Source: Candidatus Thermofontivivens primus (GTDB lineage: Bacteria > Sysuimicrobiota > Sysuimicrobiia > Sysuimicrobiales > Thermofontiviventaceae). From it: a stretch of DNA of 64,000 nt. The translations under genes and the position numbers were made by a program. Below are positions 60,269 to 64,000 of this stretch, one piece after another. The stretch lies in contig JAVKJW010000010.1 in assembly GCA_031458695.1 (NCBI GenBank), positions 1-64,000 of the forward strand. Reading direction: 5' to 3'. Numbering within the stretch: the first letter of the stretch is position 1; each line of letters starts with the position of its first letter. The notes under the pieces are model-generated. The model saw nothing but the letters and a program-made list of their open reading frames with translations, ran no database searches and was not told the origin of the DNA.

Positions 60269-61879
60269 ATGGGGAGTTCCCTCCGGGAGACGAATCTAGA
60301 GCGCCTCAGGCGAGAACATTTCGACATACTGGTGATCGGTGGGGGTATTACCGGCGCCGGTATCGCCCGTGACGCCGCGCTCCGCGGCCTGCGCGTAGCC
60401 CTGGTGGAGCAATCCGATTTCGCAGCTGGGACGAGCAGCCGATCGTCCAAACTCGTCCACGGGGGGTTTCGCTACCTCGCCTCCCTGCAGATCCGCATTG
60501 TCTATCAATCGCTCAAGGAGCGGGGAATCTTACTGCGGATAGCCCCCCACCTCGTGCAACCGATGCCCTTCCTCCTCCCCTTCTACAGCAATGGGCCCTA
60601 TCCGGTGCGGCTTCTCAAGATGGGCCTCTCCCTCTACGACTTCCTTGCGGGCGGGTCTCAGATCAAGCCGCACACGATCCTTCCCCTCCGCGCGGTCCTC
60701 GGGTTCGCTCCATGGATCCCGCGCGAGGGCCTGATCGGCGGTGCATGGTACTACGACGCCATTACCAACGATGCGCGGCTTGTGCTTGAGAACATCAAAT
60801 CCGCCTGGAAGGCAGGGGCGGTCTGTGTGAACTATGCGAAGGCCACTTCCCTCCTCCTGAGGAACGGAAAGATCTGTGGCGCCACGATCCATGACCGTCT
60901 CAACGACGAGACCTTCGAGGTCCGGACATCCCTCGTCATCAACGCTGCAGGCCCTTGGAGCGACCAGGTACGCAGCCTTGATCCTACGGAGAAACGGCGA
61001 GCCCTCCGCCTCACCAAGGGGATCCACCTCGTCTTTCCCCACGAGAGGTTACCTCTCACCTACGGCCTGAATTTCCTCTCCCCGCGGGATCACCGTCCTC
61101 TCCTGGCAATCCCTTGGGGCAAGTTCACCTACGTGGGAACTACGGATACCGACTATGAGGGCGATCTGGAAGAACCAGAGATCGAGCGCTCAGACGTCGA
61201 GTACCTCCTGGAAGCTCTTGACTACGGCCTCCCCACAGCCCAATTGGAATGGGGGGACATCCTAGGCGCCTGGGCGGGCATCCGTCCCCTCCTGGATGCG
61301 CGGCGGGATATCCCGCCGTGGCGGGTCTCCAGGGAGGACCGGATCGACGTCAGCCCTGCCGGCCTCATCACCATCGCTGGGGGGAAGCTTACAACCTACA
61401 GGGCAATGGCCGAGCGGGTTGTGAACCTTGCGCAGTCCCGTCTACCCGCACCCTCGCCACAGATACCCTCCCGTACCGCCAGCGTCCCCCTGGAGCCAAA
61501 GGTAGATCGCTTCCAGGAGCTGGGCCCGGACATTCCGGAAGTGGTCCAGGAGCGTCTCAACACAGTCTACGGGCCGCATGCCTGGGAGGTTGTAAAACAG
61601 GCGCGTACACCTCAGGATCTTGAACCGTTGCACCCGGACATCCCTCTCTGCCGTGCAGAGGTACGTTTATGGGTTCGCGATGAGATGGCTATGACTCTTC
61701 CAGATGCTCTGGAACGGCGAGCAGGACTTCTGGTGTTCGACCCTTTGGGCTTCGAGCGTGAAGCGCGAGTGGTAGCCGCGTGGATGGGGGAAGAGTTCGG
61801 CTGGGATCCTGCACGAGTGGAGACAGAGGTGAAAGCCTACCAGGATTTAATCCGCAGGCGGTTGCGCTTTAAGGGGTAG
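60269..61879 (+). CDS. glpD: FAD-dependent glycerol-3-phosphate dehydrogenase/oxidase
   Basis: Motifs IGGGITG.GIA.DAA.RG, GTSSRSSKLVHGG.RYL, GGKLTTYR. Confidence 0.92.
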   Translation: MGSSLRETNLERLRREHFDILVIGGGITGAGIARDAALRGLRVALVEQSDFAAGTSSRSSKLVHGGFRYLASLQIRIVYQSLKERGILLRIAPHLVQPMPFLLPFYSNGPYPVRLLKMGLSLYDFLAGGSQIKPHTILPLRAVLGFAPWIPREGLIGGAWYYDAITNDARLVLENIKSAWKAGAVCVNYAKATSLLLRNGKICGATIHDRLNDETFEVRTSLVINAAGPWSDQVRSLDPTEKRRALRLTKGIHLVFPHERLPLTYGLNFLSPRDHRPLLAIPWGKFTYVGTTDTDYEGDLEEPEIERSDVEYLLEALDYGLPTAQLEWGDILGAWAGIRPLLDARRDIPPWRVSREDRIDVSPAGLITIAGGKLTTYRAMAERVVNLAQSRLPAPSPQIPSRTASVPLEPKVDRFQELGPDIPEVVQERLNTVYGPHAWEVVKQARTPQDLEPLHPDIPLCRAEVRLWVRDEMAMTLPDALERRAGLLVFDPLGFEREARVVAAWMGEEFGWDPARVETEVKAYQDLIRRRLRFKG

Positions 61880-61942
61880 CCAAGAGGGCCCAGGTACACA
61901 TTTTGACCATTGCCAAGGGACTTCAAGAAGGGCGAACCAGCT

Positions 61943-63373
61943 GTGTCCACAGAGTGTATCTTCCCAAGCCTTCAGCACCCCGAAGCGATCTCCTCCTTCG
62001 TGGAAGCATGCAGGGATCTCCTTGGTGACCGTGTCTCCACCTCCCCAGAAGACCGGCTGAAAGCTGGAAAGGACTGGTGGCCACGGGCATGGCTCTGGGA
62101 TGCCCGTGGGAAGGTCCTGTCCTTTCCTGACGTGGTGGTATGGCCAGAGAGTACGGAGGAAGTTGTTGCTCTCGTTCGTCTTGCCTCCCAACACCGCATC
62201 CCCATCACACCGAGAGGTGGAGGATCGGGGGTCCTCGGAGGTGCGGTGCCAGTCCGCGGCGGCGTGGTGATGGACCTCACCAGGATGCGCCGCATCCGGG
62301 AACTCCACGAGGAGGACCTCCTCGTCACAGTAGAGGCAGGGATCCTCGGCATTACCCTCGAGGAGGAACTAAACCGCCAAGGGTTTACCTGTGGACACAT
62401 CCCTCAATCCCTGGCCCTCTCTACAGTTGGAGGCTGGATTGCAGCCAGAAGCATCGGAGAGTTCTCCACCAAGTACGGCCCCATTGAAGGAATGGTAGCG
62501 GGGTTGGAAGTGGTCCTCCCTTGGGGAGAGATCTGGCGAACCCGGGTTGCACCTCGCACTGCTACGGGTCCGGGCCTTATGGATCTGTTTGTAGGAGCTG
62601 AGGGAACTTTGGGGATCATCACCGCAGCAACACTCCGTATCCGCCGACTCCCCGAGATGCGAAGGATGCGGTCCTTCACCTTCCCCGACTTGGCTAAGGG
62701 GATCACCGCGGTTAGGGAGATGATTCAGCGAGGAGTCCTTCCTGCAGTGTGCAGGTTATATGACGAGATGGAGGCGGCCTACCGGTTCAGCTCCGTGGTA
62801 CGCAAGGGAGGACCTCTCTTACTCCTTCTCTTTGAAGGAGAGAGCCGCCTCGTCTTAGCAGAGGATTCTGTGGGAACAGAGATCTGTCTGGATCACGGTG
62901 CTCAAGAGACTGGGGAGGAGCCGATGCAACATTGGCTCAAGACGCGCTTCGACGTCTCGGAGGTAGAAGCCCTCCTCAAGCAGGGGGCCGTCCTCGACAC
63001 CATAGAGGTGGCGGCGACGTACTCGCGGATCCTCCCCCTCTACGATGCAGTCGTCGGCGCGATCCAGGCCGTGCCTGGAACGGTGGTCGCATTCGGCCAT
63101 TTCTCCCACTTTTACCCGGATGGTGCCTGTCTTTACGTCTCCCTCGCAGGCTTTCCAGGGGAGGACCGGGAGGGTTACCATCAGCGATGTTGGGAGGCCG
63201 CAATGCATGCGTGTCTCGCCAGAGGCGGGACCATCAGCCACCACCACGGCATTGGCCTACAGAAAGCGCCCTGGTTGGGACAGGAGCTTGGTGAAGGGCT
63301 TGAGATCCTCCGAAGGATCAAGCGGGCGATCGACCCGCACGAATTGTTCAACCCGGGGAAGTTCGGGGTGTAG
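61943..63373 (+). CDS. FAD-linked oxidase, alkyldihydroxyacetonephosphate-synthase-like
   Basis: Motifs P.GGGS.V.G, H.PQS...STVGGW, GAEGTLGII, GACLY, SHHHGIG, NPGK. Confidence 0.85.
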   Translation: MSTECIFPSLQHPEAISSFVEACRDLLGDRVSTSPEDRLKAGKDWWPRAWLWDARGKVLSFPDVVVWPESTEEVVALVRLASQHRIPITPRGGGSGVLGGAVPVRGGVVMDLTRMRRIRELHEEDLLVTVEAGILGITLEEELNRQGFTCGHIPQSLALSTVGGWIAARSIGEFSTKYGPIEGMVAGLEVVLPWGEIWRTRVAPRTATGPGLMDLFVGAEGTLGIITAATLRIRRLPEMRRMRSFTFPDLAKGITAVREMIQRGVLPAVCRLYDEMEAAYRFSSVVRKGGPLLLLLFEGESRLVLAEDSVGTEICLDHGAQETGEEPMQHWLKTRFDVSEVEALLKQGAVLDTIEVAATYSRILPLYDAVVGAIQAVPGTVVAFGHFSHFYPDGACLYVSLAGFPGEDREGYHQRCWEAAMHACLARGGTISHHHGIGLQKAPWLGQELGEGLEILRRIKRAIDPHELFNPGKFGV

Positions 63374-63379
63374 AAGGGA

Positions 63380-64000
63380 TCAAGGGGGTGTGAGCACTTC
63401 TATCCCGTTCATATAGGGAACGAGCACAGGCGGAATGCGGACAGAGCCGTCTGGTTGCTGAAAGTTCTCCAGGATGGCAATGATTGTCCGTGTGGATGCC
63501 ATCAAGGTACCGTTCAACGTGTGGACGTACGCGCCTCCCCCGTGACCTTTTGGACGGAAGCGGATGCGAAGGCGCCGGGCCTGGAAATCGGTACAGTTGC
63601 TGCAGGAGTGGGTCTCTGCATACTCCCCACGTCCTGGCATCCACGTCTCGATGTCGTATTGCTTGGCCGCCGGTAGCCCCATGTCTCCTGCACAGATGCT
63701 CACCACGCGATAAGGTAGCCCGAGGCTCTGGAGGAAACGCTCCTGGAGGGAGACGAGGTACTCGTGCTCCTCGCGGGACCGATCTGGATGGGCAAAGGAA
63801 AACATCTCCACTTTTTCAAACTGGTGGACGCGGAAGATGCCACGGACGTCTCGCCCGTAACTCCCTGCCTCCCGCCGAAAGCAGGAGGAGAGCCCAGCAA
63901 GTCGGATGGGTAGCGCTTCTTCCTCCAGGACTTCCTCAGAGAACATCGCCGCCATGGGATGCTCGGATGTCCCGATCAAGGCGAGATCCTCCTCCGCAAT
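63380..64000 (-). CDS. serS: Serine--tRNA ligase, 3' part (5' end outside window)
   Basis: Motifs GTSE, FRREAG, RVHQFEKVE, SNCTDFQARRL, HTLNGT. Confidence 0.97.
   Translation of the reverse strand: MAEEDLALIGTSEHPMAAMFSEEVLEEEALPIRLAGLSSCFRREAGSYGRDVRGIFRVHQFEKVEMFSFAHPDRSREEHEYLVSLQERFLQSLGLPYRVVSICAGDMGLPAAKQYDIETWMPGRGEYAETHSCSNCTDFQARRLRIRFRPKGHGGGAYVHTLNGTLMASTRTIIAILENFQQPDGSVRIPPVLVPYMNGIEVLTPP

Overview
This is a GC-rich, gene-dense bacterial chromosomal window (roughly 60-65% GC by eye), mostly housekeeping. I saw no CRISPR array, integrase, transposase or prophage. It holds a near-complete his operon (hisZ-G-D-C-B-H-A-F-IE) preceded by a YerC/HisR repressor and a matching operator. 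It also has the TCA genes icd-mdh-sucCD, korAB, murT-gatD, a LIV-type ABC transporter with an acyl-CoA ligase and an SDR, and dnaX-ybaB-recR. The rest includes glpD with an alkyl-DHAP-synthase-like flavoprotein, partial serS, three tRNAs (Glu-TTC, Arg-CCG, Glu-CTC) and a Bacillus-type large SRP RNA. The gene content fits a Terrabacteria-type lineage, possibly Armatimonadota-related, but this is weak inference. Best leads: (1) an orphan signalling block with TPR protein, PAS kinase, unannotated 59-aa membrane protein and an extra sigma-70, but no response regulator; (2) a membrane protein with an extracellular beta-sandwich and three cytoplasmic HhH/DUF4332-like repeats, between the SRP RNA and dnaX; (3) a HisD with several Zn/substrate ligands replaced; (4) a dispersed, degenerate, often palindromic repeat family at gene ends; (5) the glpD/ADPS-like pair. 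All calls come from motif reading, not database searches. Some start codons were moved to fit Shine-Dalgarno (SD) sites.
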